Both the position numbers and the translations under genes were made by a program. Under the pieces are notes generated by a model that ran no database searches, had not been told where the DNA came from, and was given only the letters and a program-made list of their open reading frames with translations. A stretch of 49,417 nucleotides of DNA from a virus (lineage: Duplodnaviria > Caudoviricetes), in the IMG/VR virus record IMGVR_UViG_3300046779_000207, positions 1 to 49,417 of that record. The stretch is one strand, 5' to 3'. Each line of letters starts with the position of its first letter. The stretch's first letter is position 1. Below, in pieces: positions 16,209 through 26,281 of this stretch.

Positions 16209-19200
16209 ATGTCTAATCCGTCTAACTTATATGCAGAAAAGATTTACGCAGAGCATCCGCTAGTTCTATGGGCGTTAGATGATCAGGCTGACTATATAAG
16301 TCTAATTACAGAGTCTGAAAGAGACATTGATGCTGAGTGGACAACAACAGGTGGAACTCCGTCTTTAGGTATTATTGACAACGAGCCTTTCCCTGATAGT
16401 GTAACAACGCTTATAGAAGGCAATGTTCCAACTGGTGCTACTAATGAGATTGTTGCTATAAGCCCAGATTTAATTAACTTTGCTGATCTGAACTCTGACC
16501 TTGGAACATTTTCTGTTGGCACATATTTTTATTCTAATAGTGCTTATCTAAGGTCTGTCTCTATTGGATTTGAATATACAGACACGACAACATCTTTGGT
16601 TGTACAAAAGTTAGAAACATATACAACAAGCCTATTCCAAAACTGGGCATTTATATCTGGCACATTTGAGATACCAGATGAATATACAAATATGCGTATG
16701 ATTTTAAAGGTTGACACAGACACAGGTGGTCTAACAACTTCAGCATACCAGTTTTACTTTAATGGCATTAGTGTTGGTCAATGGTCTGAAGAGTTTAATA
16801 CAATATCTCTTGGAGTAACTCCACAGGCTTTTCCGTCAACAATTGCACTTGATACAACAAGCCTAGTTATTCCTGCAGCAGCATATGGTCTATCAACAGA
16901 TCAAGGATATTATCTTACAAATGACAATGCGCTTCTAGCAAAAAATACAAGCATCCCTCTTGTGTATGGAGCATCAGGAGTTACAAAGATTTCTCCAAAC
17001 AATGGCGGAGACCCATCACTTATCATTCCTGGAAAAGGATTTTTAAATGAGTTGGGAAGATACAAAGAATATACTGTAGAGTTTTGGGCAAGAATTAATT
17101 CTGATGCAGTGGTACCAAGAAGAATCTTTGGACCAATATCTGATTCAAATGGACTCTATGTTGAGGCTGGCTTCTTAACTTTAGTTATTGGAGATAAGTT
17201 TGCATCTCACTTTGTTGGTGAGTGGACAAGACCAATGCTTATTCATATTCGTTTAATTAGAAACTCTGTTACAGTCCTTCTTAATGGAGAAGAAGTTATA
17301 TCTTTAGCAATTGATACAGAAAGTCTAACATTGCCAGCACCAGAACTACTGGGTGATTCTCAGGACTGGCTAGGCTTCTATGCTTATTCAGATGTATCTC
17401 CAGTAGAAATTGACTGTATTGCAATCTATTCTTATCAAGTTCCAGTTACGGTTGCAAAGCGTAGATGGGTTTATGGACAAGGTGTACTATCTCCTGAAGG
17501 TATTAACTCTGCATACGGTGGCACATCTGCATTCTTTGATTATCCATTTGCTGACTATAGTGCAAACTATAATTACCCAAATTTTGCGGAATGGCAGCAG
17601 GGTACATTTGACAATCTAACAACAACATCTACAGCAATAACTACTCCACAATATGAACTGCCAGAAATCTTTTTAGATGGCAAAACCCTACAAGAGTTCT
17701 ATGATGACAATGAGGCAGTGCAGTCTGGCACAGATAAGTTTATTAAGTTTAGACCAAATTCAGGTTGGAACTCTAAAGATCCATACATAAACTTTCCAAA
17801 GTTTAATATGTTAAATGACCAGGTTCACACGGTATATGGTGTTTTCCAGATTGACAGTGACGATCTAACAGATCAAATACTTTTTAAGTTCTACAATACC
17901 CTAACTGGCAACTCGTTTAGTATTCGTAAAGACGGTCCAGACATTGATTATTACATAACCTATAACGGTGAAGAAGAGCAGTTCTATTCAGCCACAGCAT
18001 TTCCAGTAGGTCAAAAGATAGCAGTTGGAATAGAGATACAAAAACTAGTTGATTATTTTGGTGGCAATGTTGCTGCATTTTTTGGAACCCAGAGTGGTCT
18101 AGAACTTTATGTAGGTGGAGATGAGTCTGGAGACTTCACGTTTACTGGAAAGATTTATAGCGTTGGTTTTGCAACTGCATTTAACGCATCTGAGTTATCA
18201 TCTCACTTTGAGGATAATGGCATTGCAATCATGGATGATGAAGTCACTGCACCAGCAGAACCAGAAAATGCAAGAGCACTTCTTGATCACGTAGCAAGTT
18301 ATACACTTCTCCCAACAAGCGCCTATAATCAGTTCTTCCTTGATATTGGTGTTTCTGGATATTGGGAAGATTATTTACCACTTTCATATTTTGCACAGTA
18401 TGTAAAGAATGATGTTGGCACAGAGTTTTATGACCTAGACTTTTTGCAATTTAACATTGGTTATCCAGCACCATCTAAACTTCAGGCAACTGAGCAGGTA
18501 GCAGAAAGTTGGACATATGGGGATCTTAAGGATGAGTATAAACTTCCTATTCAAAAGACATACCAGCAACTAGATAATATTTTATACACTGGTTGGGCAA
18601 ACTATGAAGATATGGCTGAGAAGTCTGTTAAGTTCTATGAATATGATACAACTGAAGCATCTATCAGAAGTTACATTACATTCCAGTATGTTCTAGATGG
18701 TGCAAACCTTTTGCAATCTGACTTCACAAGAGTTGAGCCTGCAACCAGCCAAAAGATAATTGATATTAATGAACACCCACTTTGGGAAACCACAAAGTTT
18801 GAGGTAGTTGATAATACATTGATCTATCCAACTAAGACTATTGATTTTAATGATCTAGCAGTTGTATTCCACCTTGAGTTTAAACTTAAGAGTATTCTAA
18901 CTAAGCCTATTGCTCTTAATAGACTTGAGTTTGCATCACAGGCATTTAACGATAATTCCTTTAACCCAATTGGAACTAGATTCGGTGTAGACGTATTCCC
19001 ATACAAACGTGCTGGACTTTACTATGACTACAAGTCAAAAAATCCATACAGCATATACAAGGGAAGCACCCCATACTTATATCTAAATAGAACTTCAGGA
19101 ATCCAAGTCCGTGGAGAGTTTGATCCAGATATTAGTCGTGGTATTGCTGTTCCAGTTAATCAGACCACTGCTGCTAATTATCGTGTTAGTGCTGCACAAC

Positions 19201-19826
19201 TTTGGATGAGATATGATGAGGACCAGTTCCCACTAACACCTACTGAATTATTTGAGATAGACTATAAGGGCGATGTAATTAAATTCTATATGGTTGCAGA
19301 TAGCGAAAAGGGAACAAGAGCACGGATCTATGCTGTTAACCAATCCACTAGCCTACCATTCAATGGAATTGCATACTTCTGGAATGGAACGCTTGTACGT
19401 GAACCAGTAGTTACTGTGAAGGAATGGGGAGTTCTTGGAATTGCCTTTACTACCGCTTTGAACTTTGACGCATACCTTGGCGGTATTAATCTCACAGGAC
19501 CAATGCTATTTAATAACGTAGCCTACTATCAGGCTAATAACCTTCAGCAGGTTCAGAGTACACTTACACGTCCTTGGCTCAAGGTTAAGACAGATGGAGT
19601 AACAAATTACCAGTGGCAGTACTGGCTAAATAACTTTACTTGGGATGGCGTATTGGTTATCTCAGCCTCAGATTTGTACGGAGTAAGCCCAGATGATGTT
19701 TATAAGACATATTTGGGAACTAATAAGATTATTATTGATGATAATGAGGGTATGACGTTCAATCCTGAGACACTTAGAGTCTATAATGACACAACTTGGC
19801 AGTCAACTGTCAAGATTCCAGTGTAA
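16209..19826 (+). CDS. Large acidic beta-rich putative virion protein (LamG/ConA-like segments)
   Basis: 1205-aa ORF. AEHPLVLWALDD and YTVEFWARIN...LLNGEEV lectin-like patterns. Confidence 0.55.
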   Translation: MSNPSNLYAEKIYAEHPLVLWALDDQADYISLITESERDIDAEWTTTGGTPSLGIIDNEPFPDSVTTLIEGNVPTGATNEIVAISPDLINFADLNSDLGTFSVGTYFYSNSAYLRSVSIGFEYTDTTTSLVVQKLETYTTSLFQNWAFISGTFEIPDEYTNMRMILKVDTDTGGLTTSAYQFYFNGISVGQWSEEFNTISLGVTPQAFPSTIALDTTSLVIPAAAYGLSTDQGYYLTNDNALLAKNTSIPLVYGASGVTKISPNNGGDPSLIIPGKGFLNELGRYKEYTVEFWARINSDAVVPRRIFGPISDSNGLYVEAGFLTLVIGDKFASHFVGEWTRPMLIHIRLIRNSVTVLLNGEEVISLAIDTESLTLPAPELLGDSQDWLGFYAYSDVSPVEIDCIAIYSYQVPVTVAKRRWVYGQGVLSPEGINSAYGGTSAFFDYPFADYSANYNYPNFAEWQQGTFDNLTTTSTAITTPQYELPEIFLDGKTLQEFYDDNEAVQSGTDKFIKFRPNSGWNSKDPYINFPKFNMLNDQVHTVYGVFQIDSDDLTDQILFKFYNTLTGNSFSIRKDGPDIDYYITYNGEEEQFYSATAFPVGQKIAVGIEIQKLVDYFGGNVAAFFGTQSGLELYVGGDESGDFTFTGKIYSVGFATAFNASELSSHFEDNGIAIMDDEVTAPAEPENARALLDHVASYTLLPTSAYNQFFLDIGVSGYWEDYLPLSYFAQYVKNDVGTEFYDLDFLQFNIGYPAPSKLQATEQVAESWTYGDLKDEYKLPIQKTYQQLDNILYTGWANYEDMAEKSVKFYEYDTTEASIRSYITFQYVLDGANLLQSDFTRVEPATSQKIIDINEHPLWETTKFEVVDNTLIYPTKTIDFNDLAVVFHLEFKLKSILTKPIALNRLEFASQAFNDNSFNPIGTRFGVDVFPYKRAGLYYDYKSKNPYSIYKGSTPYLYLNRTSGIQVRGEFDPDISRGIAVPVNQTTAANYRVSAAQLWMRYDEDQFPLTPTELFEIDYKGDVIKFYMVADSEKGTRARIYAVNQSTSLPFNGIAYFWNGTLVREPVVTVKEWGVLGIAFTTALNFDAYLGGINLTGPMLFNNVAYYQANNLQQVQSTLTRPWLKVKTDGVTNYQWQYWLNNFTWDGVLVISASDLYGVSPDDVYKTYLGTNKIIIDDNEGMTFNPETLRVYNDTTWQSTVKIPV

Positions 19827-19828
19827 TA

Positions 19829-19837
19829 TGGTATACT
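19829..19837 (+). promoter_or_regulatory. Extended -10 TGGTATACT; leaderless transcript
   Basis: 7 nt before ATG 19845. Confidence 0.7.
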
Positions 19838-19844
19838 TGTGGTT

Positions 19845-20219
19845 ATGGAAGATGGAATTTTAAGTAAAGTTCGCAATGTAAGGCGACAAGTTATTGAAAA
19901 AAAGTACAATTGGGGTTTGTACGTGTACAAAAAGTCAAACGGATCCTGGTTTACTGATGGAGAAGGTAACGTTTTGAACATTGAGTCAATGCGTAATGAC
20001 CTCTCAAAGATTGCTGAATTAAAGCAGGCAGCAAAATATTACGGGGATGAAGGAGATGGCGAAGCCGTCTTTGTTCCTGGACTAACAAGAATTACAGATG
20101 AAGAGCATTCAGTACAAAAGGATAGAATGAGACAGGGACTTATCCCTTCCATGAATGACCTTGGTGCTTGGTATGCTGCACAGCAAACACACGATAAGTA
20201 TGGGCCAAGCGATGACTGA
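19845..20219 (+). CDS. Hypothetical protein preceding the portal
   Basis: ORF overlapping the portal start; start placed at the ATG that fits the promoter. Confidence 0.7.
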   Translation: MEDGILSKVRNVRRQVIEKKYNWGLYVYKKSNGSWFTDGEGNVLNIESMRNDLSKIAELKQAAKYYGDEGDGEAVFVPGLTRITDEEHSVQKDRMRQGLIPSMNDLGAWYAAQQTHDKYGPSDD

Positions 20220-21819
20220 TGAATATGACAACTATGTAAGAGTTGGGTTAAACACACAAGAGAAACCTGACAACCCTTTTAAAGAACAAGACCCTTTTAA
20301 TAAGTCTTGGGACTCACTAAAAGATTACACTGGACTAGAGCAAAACTTTAGACGTAAAACTGCTCGTAATGTTTCTAAGGCAGTTAACACTGCAACACCT
20401 GCATACTTAGATGCAGCAAATGCTATCCCCTCTGGACCAGACGCTAGTTCTAAGCAGATCAATCCAGGGACTGTCTATCGTAATGGATACGGTTTGTTTG
20501 ATGTTATTACTCCACCATACAACATGTATGAGTTGGCTAACTTTTATGACACATCTTTTGCTAACCATGCTGCTATTGATGCTAAGGTAGAAAATGTTGT
20601 TGGTCTTGGTTACTCATTTGAAGTAGCAGATAGAACAATGCTTAGGTTTGAAATGAATGATGATCAGGGTGCAGTAGATCGTGCTCGTCGTCGTATTGAA
20701 AGAATGAAACTAGAACTTAAGGACTGGCTTGAGAACCTTAATGATGATGACTCTTTTACAAAGACAATGGAAAAGTTTTACACAGATGTTCAGGCTACAG
20801 GTAATGGCTTCCTAGAAATTGGTCGCACTGTAACTGGAGAGATTGGATATGTTGGTCATATACCAGCAACTACAATCCGTGTACGCCGTCTTCGTGATGG
20901 TTATGTTCAGATTATTGGAAACAAGGTTGTTTACTTCCGTAACTTCGGGGCAAAGAATCCAAACCCAATGACTGCAGATACACGACCAAACGAGATTATC
21001 CATTACAAGGAATACTCTCCACTAAATACATACTATGGAATTCCAGATATTGTTGCTGCACTTCCATCGCTTATTGGTGACCAACTTGCGTCACAATACA
21101 ATATTGATTATTTTGAGAACAAGGCTGTTCCAAGATATATCGTAACTCTTAAGGGTGCAAAACTTTCTTCAGACGGTGAAGATAAGATGTTTAGATTCCT
21201 TCAGACTGGACTTAAATCACAGTCTCACAGAACTCTCTATATCCCGCTTCCTGGAGATACAGATCAAAACAAGGTTGAGTTTAAAATGGAGCCAATTGAA
21301 AACGGTATTCAGGATGGCTCATTTAAAGAGTATCGTAAGCAAAACCGTGATGATATCTTTATCGCACATCAGATGCCAATCTCTAAGATTGGTGGCTCTG
21401 AGGGTGCAGGAGTTGCTGCTGCTTTATCACAAGATCGCACATTTAAAGAGCAGGTATGTCGTCCTGCACAAAGCCATCTTGCCAAGGTAGTCAACAAGAT
21501 TATCAAGGAAAAGACAGATATCCTTGAACTCAAGTTTAATGAGTTTACACTTACAGATGAAATTGCTCAGTCACAGATTATCGAAAGATACATCAAGACT
21601 CAAGTTATGACTCCTAATGAGGGTCGTGAAGCAATTGGATTGCCAAATCGTCCAGATGGTGATGAGCCATTTGTTATGTCTCCAAGACAGGCTACAGATG
21701 CACAGGCAAACTTTGCTGGCAATCGTCAGCGGGATGCAGATCGTGCAAATAACCAATCTGATGGAGAAGCGACAGTAACTGGACGCAATCCACAAGGAGA
21801 GGGCAGAGCATCTCAATAA
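20212..21819 (+). CDS. Portal protein (HK97/PBSX-like); start reassigned to 20212
   Basis: TGNGFLEI, HIPATTIRV, NEIIHYKEYSP...YYGIPD, YFEN.AVP, MTPNEGREAIGLP. Confidence 0.9.
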   Translation: MTDEYDNYVRVGLNTQEKPDNPFKEQDPFNKSWDSLKDYTGLEQNFRRKTARNVSKAVNTATPAYLDAANAIPSGPDASSKQINPGTVYRNGYGLFDVITPPYNMYELANFYDTSFANHAAIDAKVENVVGLGYSFEVADRTMLRFEMNDDQGAVDRARRRIERMKLELKDWLENLNDDDSFTKTMEKFYTDVQATGNGFLEIGRTVTGEIGYVGHIPATTIRVRRLRDGYVQIIGNKVVYFRNFGAKNPNPMTADTRPNEIIHYKEYSPLNTYYGIPDIVAALPSLIGDQLASQYNIDYFENKAVPRYIVTLKGAKLSSDGEDKMFRFLQTGLKSQSHRTLYIPLPGDTDQNKVEFKMEPIENGIQDGSFKEYRKQNRDDIFIAHQMPISKIGGSEGAGVAAALSQDRTFKEQVCRPAQSHLAKVVNKIIKEKTDILELKFNEFTLTDEIAQSQIIERYIKTQVMTPNEGREAIGLPNRPDGDEPFVMSPRQATDAQANFAGNRQRDADRANNQSDGEATVTGRNPQGEGRASQ

Positions 21820-21841
21820 TTGAGAAAACTGTTAAAAGGTT

Positions 21842-21850
21842 TGATATAAT
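21842..21850 (+). promoter_or_regulatory. Extended -10 TGATATAAT; near-leaderless
   Basis: 9 nt before ATG 21860, no SD. Confidence 0.7.
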
Positions 21851-21859
21851 GGTAACGAT

Positions 21860-23167
21860 ATGTTAATAAACAAGGCTCATTGGGTGACTGAAGGCGACAA
21901 TGTTCGTCTCTCAATGCCCATTGGAAAAGTTGACGTTGAACGCCGCATGGTGTCAGGTTTTGCAACTCTTGACAACATTGACAAGCAAGGCGATATTGTA
22001 ACAACAGAGTCTAGCATAAACGCATTCAAGAACTTCCGTGGTAACCTACGTGAAATGCATCAGCCTTCAGCAGTTGGCAAGATTGTTTCATTTAAGGAAG
22101 ATCGCTATTTTGATCCAAACGAAAAGAAGTTCTACTCTGGAGTCTACGTATCAGCCTATGTCTCTAAGGGCGCACAAGATGCCTGGGAGAAAGTTCTAGA
22201 TGGAACTTACACAGGCTTCTCTATTGGTGGAAACATCAAGACATGGGATGATGCATTTAATGAAGAGATGGACAAGACAATTCGTGTTATTAAAGAATAT
22301 GATCTTTTCGAACTCTCATTAGTTGATTCCCCAGCAAATCAATTTGCAAATATTGTATCAATTGAAAAGCAAGATGGTCATAATGTAATTGGCGGTTTAA
22401 TTTCAAAGGTAGATACAGAAAATATTTTTTATGATTCAGAATCAGGAATGGTAATCGTATCAGACGCTGAAGCAGTTAATCATCCTATTACAGAGAAGCA
22501 AATGAAGAACATTGGTTTTGTTGAAAAGAACGACAATGAAAAAGCAGAAATGATAAAGTTCTTAGTTGATAGTGCTAAAGGCATTAGTACAATTAAGATT
22601 ACAAAGGAGGTAAACCCTATGACAGAAGCAACAGAAGCAGCAGTAGATGCTGTAGTTGAAGATGCAGAGGTTGCTCCAGAGGCACAGCCAGCAGTAGTTG
22701 AAGAAACTCCTGCAGTCGCTGAAGAAGCAGTAGTTGCTGAAGAAGCACCTGCTGCAGATGCAGTTGATGGTGGTGCAGATTCTCCTGTTGCAGACGCAGC
22801 AGTAGAAGAAGAGACAGTAGAGGCACCAGCAGTTGATGCTGTGGCTGAAGTTAAGGAAGAAGTTGCTAAAGCAATCTCAGCAATTAACGAGTCTCTTACT
22901 AATGCCTTTGGCGATCTCGCTGCAACCATTAAGTCTCTTAACGAGCAGGTAGCAGCAGTAACAAAGTCCGTTGATGTAGTAACAAGTGAGGTTAATAACA
23001 TCAAGGGTAACTTTAATGAGTTTGGAAAGAGAGTAGATGCCGTTGAGCAAGATACCGCTTTCCGCAAGTCTGGCGATCTAGGCGAGATCGTGCAGTTTGA
23101 GCCTGTAAAGGTTCAGAAATCCCTATGGGGCGGCCGTTTCCTCACAAATGCCGACCTATTTAACTAA
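21860..23167 (+). CDS. Prohead protease (HK97 type) fused to acidic scaffold region
   Basis: VSGFAT...DKQGD, REMH, TGFSIGG, LFELSLVDSPAN, then an Ala/Glu-rich coiled-coil C-terminal half. Confidence 0.88.
   Translation: MLINKAHWVTEGDNVRLSMPIGKVDVERRMVSGFATLDNIDKQGDIVTTESSINAFKNFRGNLREMHQPSAVGKIVSFKEDRYFDPNEKKFYSGVYVSAYVSKGAQDAWEKVLDGTYTGFSIGGNIKTWDDAFNEEMDKTIRVIKEYDLFELSLVDSPANQFANIVSIEKQDGHNVIGGLISKVDTENIFYDSESGMVIVSDAEAVNHPITEKQMKNIGFVEKNDNEKAEMIKFLVDSAKGISTIKITKEVNPMTEATEAAVDAVVEDAEVAPEAQPAVVEETPAVAEEAVVAEEAPAADAVDGGADSPVADAAVEEETVEAPAVDAVAEVKEEVAKAISAINESLTNAFGDLAATIKSLNEQVAAVTKSVDVVTSEVNNIKGNFNEFGKRVDAVEQDTAFRKSGDLGEIVQFEPVKVQKSLWGGRFLTNADLFN
22619..23167 (+). CDS. Nested in-frame scaffold protein
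   Basis: AAAGGAGGT SD at 22603-22611, 7 nt before the in-frame ATG that begins the acidic region. Confidence 0.7.
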   Translation: MTEATEAAVDAVVEDAEVAPEAQPAVVEETPAVAEEAVVAEEAPAADAVDGGADSPVADAAVEEETVEAPAVDAVAEVKEEVAKAISAINESLTNAFGDLAATIKSLNEQVAAVTKSVDVVTSEVNNIKGNFNEFGKRVDAVEQDTAFRKSGDLGEIVQFEPVKVQKSLWGGRFLTNADLFN

Positions 23168-23194
23168 GGTATATATCACTAGGAGGTGAACAAT

Positions 23195-24355
23195 ATGTCG
23201 GAACAAAATAACACAGATATCGTAAAGAACTATCCAGGTACTTCAACTGAAAACCACGCCCACAATGGCGACGGTGCATTTGCATCAGGTGGAATTGGTG
23301 GAGCAACCACAACAGATTCAAGCGGTAATCTCTCTCCAGCCGCTTCACTTGGCAACATTGCCACAGCAGCATGGGGAACAACATCTGGCGCAAACGCTGT
23401 AAATCCAACTGGAACTCCAGGAGGTATTCTAGCACCAGAGCAGGCTCGTCGATTCATCGACTACGTGTGGGATGCAACAGTTCTCGCTAAAGATGGACGT
23501 AGAGTTACAATGCGAGCAAACACAATGGAACTTGAAAAAGTTAACGTTGGTGAGCGTGTAATTCGTGCAGCAGCACAAGCACAGCCTGATTTCACAAACG
23601 CAGGTGCAACCTTTACTAAGGTTGAGTTGACAACAAAGAAGATCCGTTTGGATTGGGAAGTTTCAACAGAAGCACTTGAAGACAATATTGAAGGTGGAGC
23701 ACTTGAAGATCATCTAGTTCGCTTGATGACAAATGCTTTCGCTAATGATATCGAAGATCTTGCAATCAATGGTACAGGAACAGGCAACGACCCATTCCTT
23801 TCAATCATGCCTGGCTTCGTAAAGCAAATCAATCAGGTACAGGGTAACGATGCTCATGAAGCAGCAGTTACAGTAACTGACAATGAATGGACACCAGCAG
23901 TAATGCAGGAAATCATCCTTGCAATGCCACGTAAGTATCGTGCACTTAAGTCAAACCTTAAGTTCTACGCAGGTACAGACGCATTCCAGGGTATTGTCAA
24001 GAACAACGGTACACTTGCAGATGCAATCGCAGAAGCAGTTCAGGGCCAGATTCCAGGAAGCACACAGGCTAACCGCCAGGCTTACCTTGATGGCGCAGGA
24101 CAGACTTTCGGTGATGCTCGCACAACTCGTGTTCTCGGCATTACAGTCCAAGAAGTTCCTTACTACCCAGCAGGCTATGTCGATTTGACATTCCCAGCAA
24201 ACCGTGTATGGGGCTTCCAGCGTGATATCACAGTAAACCGTGAATATGTCGCTAAGAAGGACACAATCGAATACACAGTATTCGTTCGCTTTGGTATTCA
24301 GTGGGAAGAGTTGGATGCAGTTGCTTACGCAGATGCAGACGCTACAGATTCCTAA
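23195..24355 (+). CDS. Major capsid protein (HK97 fold)
   Basis: AGGAGGT SD. GGILAPEQARRFID, ELTTKK...EVSTEALEDNIEG, AFANDIEDLAING. Position after protease/scaffold. Confidence 0.92.
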   Translation: MSEQNNTDIVKNYPGTSTENHAHNGDGAFASGGIGGATTTDSSGNLSPAASLGNIATAAWGTTSGANAVNPTGTPGGILAPEQARRFIDYVWDATVLAKDGRRVTMRANTMELEKVNVGERVIRAAAQAQPDFTNAGATFTKVELTTKKIRLDWEVSTEALEDNIEGGALEDHLVRLMTNAFANDIEDLAINGTGTGNDPFLSIMPGFVKQINQVQGNDAHEAAVTVTDNEWTPAVMQEIILAMPRKYRALKSNLKFYAGTDAFQGIVKNNGTLADAIAEAVQGQIPGSTQANRQAYLDGAGQTFGDARTTRVLGITVQEVPYYPAGYVDLTFPANRVWGFQRDITVNREYVAKKDTIEYTVFVRFGIQWEELDAVAYADADATDS

Positions 24356-24368
24356 TTAATATCGAACA

Positions 24369-24410
24369 ATGATTGAGGGAGGCAGCGTAAAAACTGTCTC
24401 CCTTAGTCAT
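24369..24410 (+). terminator. 17-bp hairpin after the capsid gene (terminator or mRNA stabiliser)
   Basis: ATGATTGAGGGAGGCAG-CGTAAAAA-CTGTCTCCCTTAGTCAT with G.U pairs valid on the + strand; weak U tail. Confidence 0.7.
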
Positions 24411-24414
24411 ATTC

Positions 24415-24423
24415 TGGTATAAT
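24415..24423 (+). promoter_or_regulatory. Extended -10 TGGTATAAT
   Basis: Immediately after the hairpin, restarting transcription for the neck genes. Confidence 0.75.
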
Positions 24424-24447
24424 TACAAATGAACATGGGAGATTCAT

Positions 24448-24828
24448 ATGACAATGGAAGAGTTAGCAGAAAAAAATGTCACAGAACTTAAGGCATATGC
24501 TAAGGAAAATAACATTGATCTCTACGGTACAAAAACAAAGATAGAAATTCTTGAAGTGCTTGCTAGTTTTGTAGGGGAAAAGCCAAAACCAAAAGCAGCC
24601 AAAAAAGAAAAGCCTGTAGTTGAACCAGTGGTAGAGAAGCAAGAAGCGGTGGATATGACAGACAAGGTAGCACTATACTCAACAAGAAACATACATTGGG
24701 GAAGCGGAATTGGCGCTCTCAAGGTAGGTTATAACATCGTCTCAAAGGAGGCATCGGAAAAGATGGTTACTCATAAGGCAGTACGCATAGCGACTCCTGA
24801 AGAAGTAGCCTCATACTACGGTAAATAA
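24448..24828 (+). CDS. Protein with N-terminal HeH/Rho-N-like domain
   Basis: LAEKNVTELKAYAKENNIDL...KTKIEILEVL, then a Lys/Pro linker. Confidence 0.6.
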   Translation: MTMEELAEKNVTELKAYAKENNIDLYGTKTKIEILEVLASFVGEKPKPKAAKKEKPVVEPVVEKQEAVDMTDKVALYSTRNIHWGSGIGALKVGYNIVSKEASEKMVTHKAVRIATPEEVASYYGK

Positions 24829-24830
24829 TT

Positions 24831-25829
24831 ATGCAGATTCTTAGACTTCCACCATACCCACTTTCTGTAACCTATACAGTTCCAAATGCAAACACGGAAC
24901 ACGTCCTAGTAATTGAAGACGTTGCAGAGCAGTCAGAGGTAGTCGCATACGTAACATCTGATAACAACTTTAAAATAACATACTCTTTAACTGGAGATTT
25001 TGTTAAGTATGATAAATCATACTCTCTTACAATCTACGAAGACTTAATGGAGAGTGGAGATGTTTTGGCAGACCGTGGTGATATTGTGGTTCAAGATAAC
25101 CTAGATATTTCTCGTCCATACATCAATCCAACAGAACTTGCTGCATCTTATGGAGCAACAACTGCAAGTGAGATTGCAAAGTATACAGACTATGAGGCTT
25201 TGGCTAGACTTATTATTGATAGCATAACTGGTGGATTCTATTACTCAAGAAAATATATTGAGCCAGTTGGTCAAGAGACAGACTATATGCCAATTTGGGA
25301 TAAAGTAGAAAAACTTCTTAAGGTTTATGAAAATGCAATTCTTGTTTATGACACATCAGATGCTGATGGTCCAGCCCTTGGCGAATGGAACTACCTTCTT
25401 ACTAAAGACAAGACCGCTATAATTAAGGATCCAGTTGCAGCAACAGAAGGCTATAATAGATCAGAGCGTAAGCCAGCAAGAATTCCTGTAGCAGTATCAG
25501 ATTCATTTACTCTTTTTGATACAGAAGATAGTGGCAACGTAGCAACGATTACTCCTGGGGTCACATTCCCAGCAGGAACAGATTATATTTTCTTAGCAGA
25601 AACAGGGTATAAGGTTGTTCCTTATGATATCCAAGATGCTACAAAGATGCTTATTGAAGATATCAAGTGTGGAAAACTAGACTACTACAAGCGGTATGTA
25701 AAGAACTACAGCACAGATCAATTTAAGATTGAATATGACAAGCGCATGATTGACGGTACAGGAAATATTATTGTAGATAAGGTACTAGATAGGTACGTTA
25801 CAACAATTACTCGTCCAGGAGTTCTATAG
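24831..25829 (+). CDS. Putative head-tail adaptor
   Basis: ARLIIDSITG...GYKVVPYDIQDATKMLI...TGNIIVDKVLDRY; synteny. Confidence 0.7.
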   Translation: MQILRLPPYPLSVTYTVPNANTEHVLVIEDVAEQSEVVAYVTSDNNFKITYSLTGDFVKYDKSYSLTIYEDLMESGDVLADRGDIVVQDNLDISRPYINPTELAASYGATTASEIAKYTDYEALARLIIDSITGGFYYSRKYIEPVGQETDYMPIWDKVEKLLKVYENAILVYDTSDADGPALGEWNYLLTKDKTAIIKDPVAATEGYNRSERKPARIPVAVSDSFTLFDTEDSGNVATITPGVTFPAGTDYIFLAETGYKVVPYDIQDATKMLIEDIKCGKLDYYKRYVKNYSTDQFKIEYDKRMIDGTGNIIVDKVLDRYVTTITRPGVL

Positions 25830-26281
25830 TGGATCAATGCTGTCCAGAGACAGACTTCATGTATCCTATGATGGCTGATATTTATTACCCAGTTATTAGC
25901 CAGACAGATTATGGTCAGGCTACAAAGAAGTGGGTTTTTGACAGAACCATTATTTTAAATGCTACTCCAGTAGGTGGCGCAGGTCAAGAAGATATTAAGC
26001 CCGAAATATTTTTACAGTATGAGAATAAACTTGTAGGTAGAGTAAAAGAAGATCCAAGAATATCAATAAGCAATGGCAGTAATGCTATTACAAATATCCT
26101 TATTGCTAATATACGAAATTCACAAGAGGTTTTAATCTATAAAGAAACAGCAGGAGTTCGTGCTGGTCGTGGAACTATTTATGAACTTGGAACTGTAGAG
26201 CCTATGACTGGCCCATTTGGATCTGTTGATTATTATAAGATGCTGCTCCGTAGAGCAGAAAATCAAACTGTAGGTGACTAA
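25829..26281 (+). CDS. Putative head closure/stopper protein
   Basis: Synteny, size, overlapping GTG start. Confidence 0.55.
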   Translation: MDQCCPETDFMYPMMADIYYPVISQTDYGQATKKWVFDRTIILNATPVGGAGQEDIKPEIFLQYENKLVGRVKEDPRISISNGSNAITNILIANIRNSQEVLIYKETAGVRAGRGTIYELGTVEPMTGPFGSVDYYKMLLRRAENQTVGD

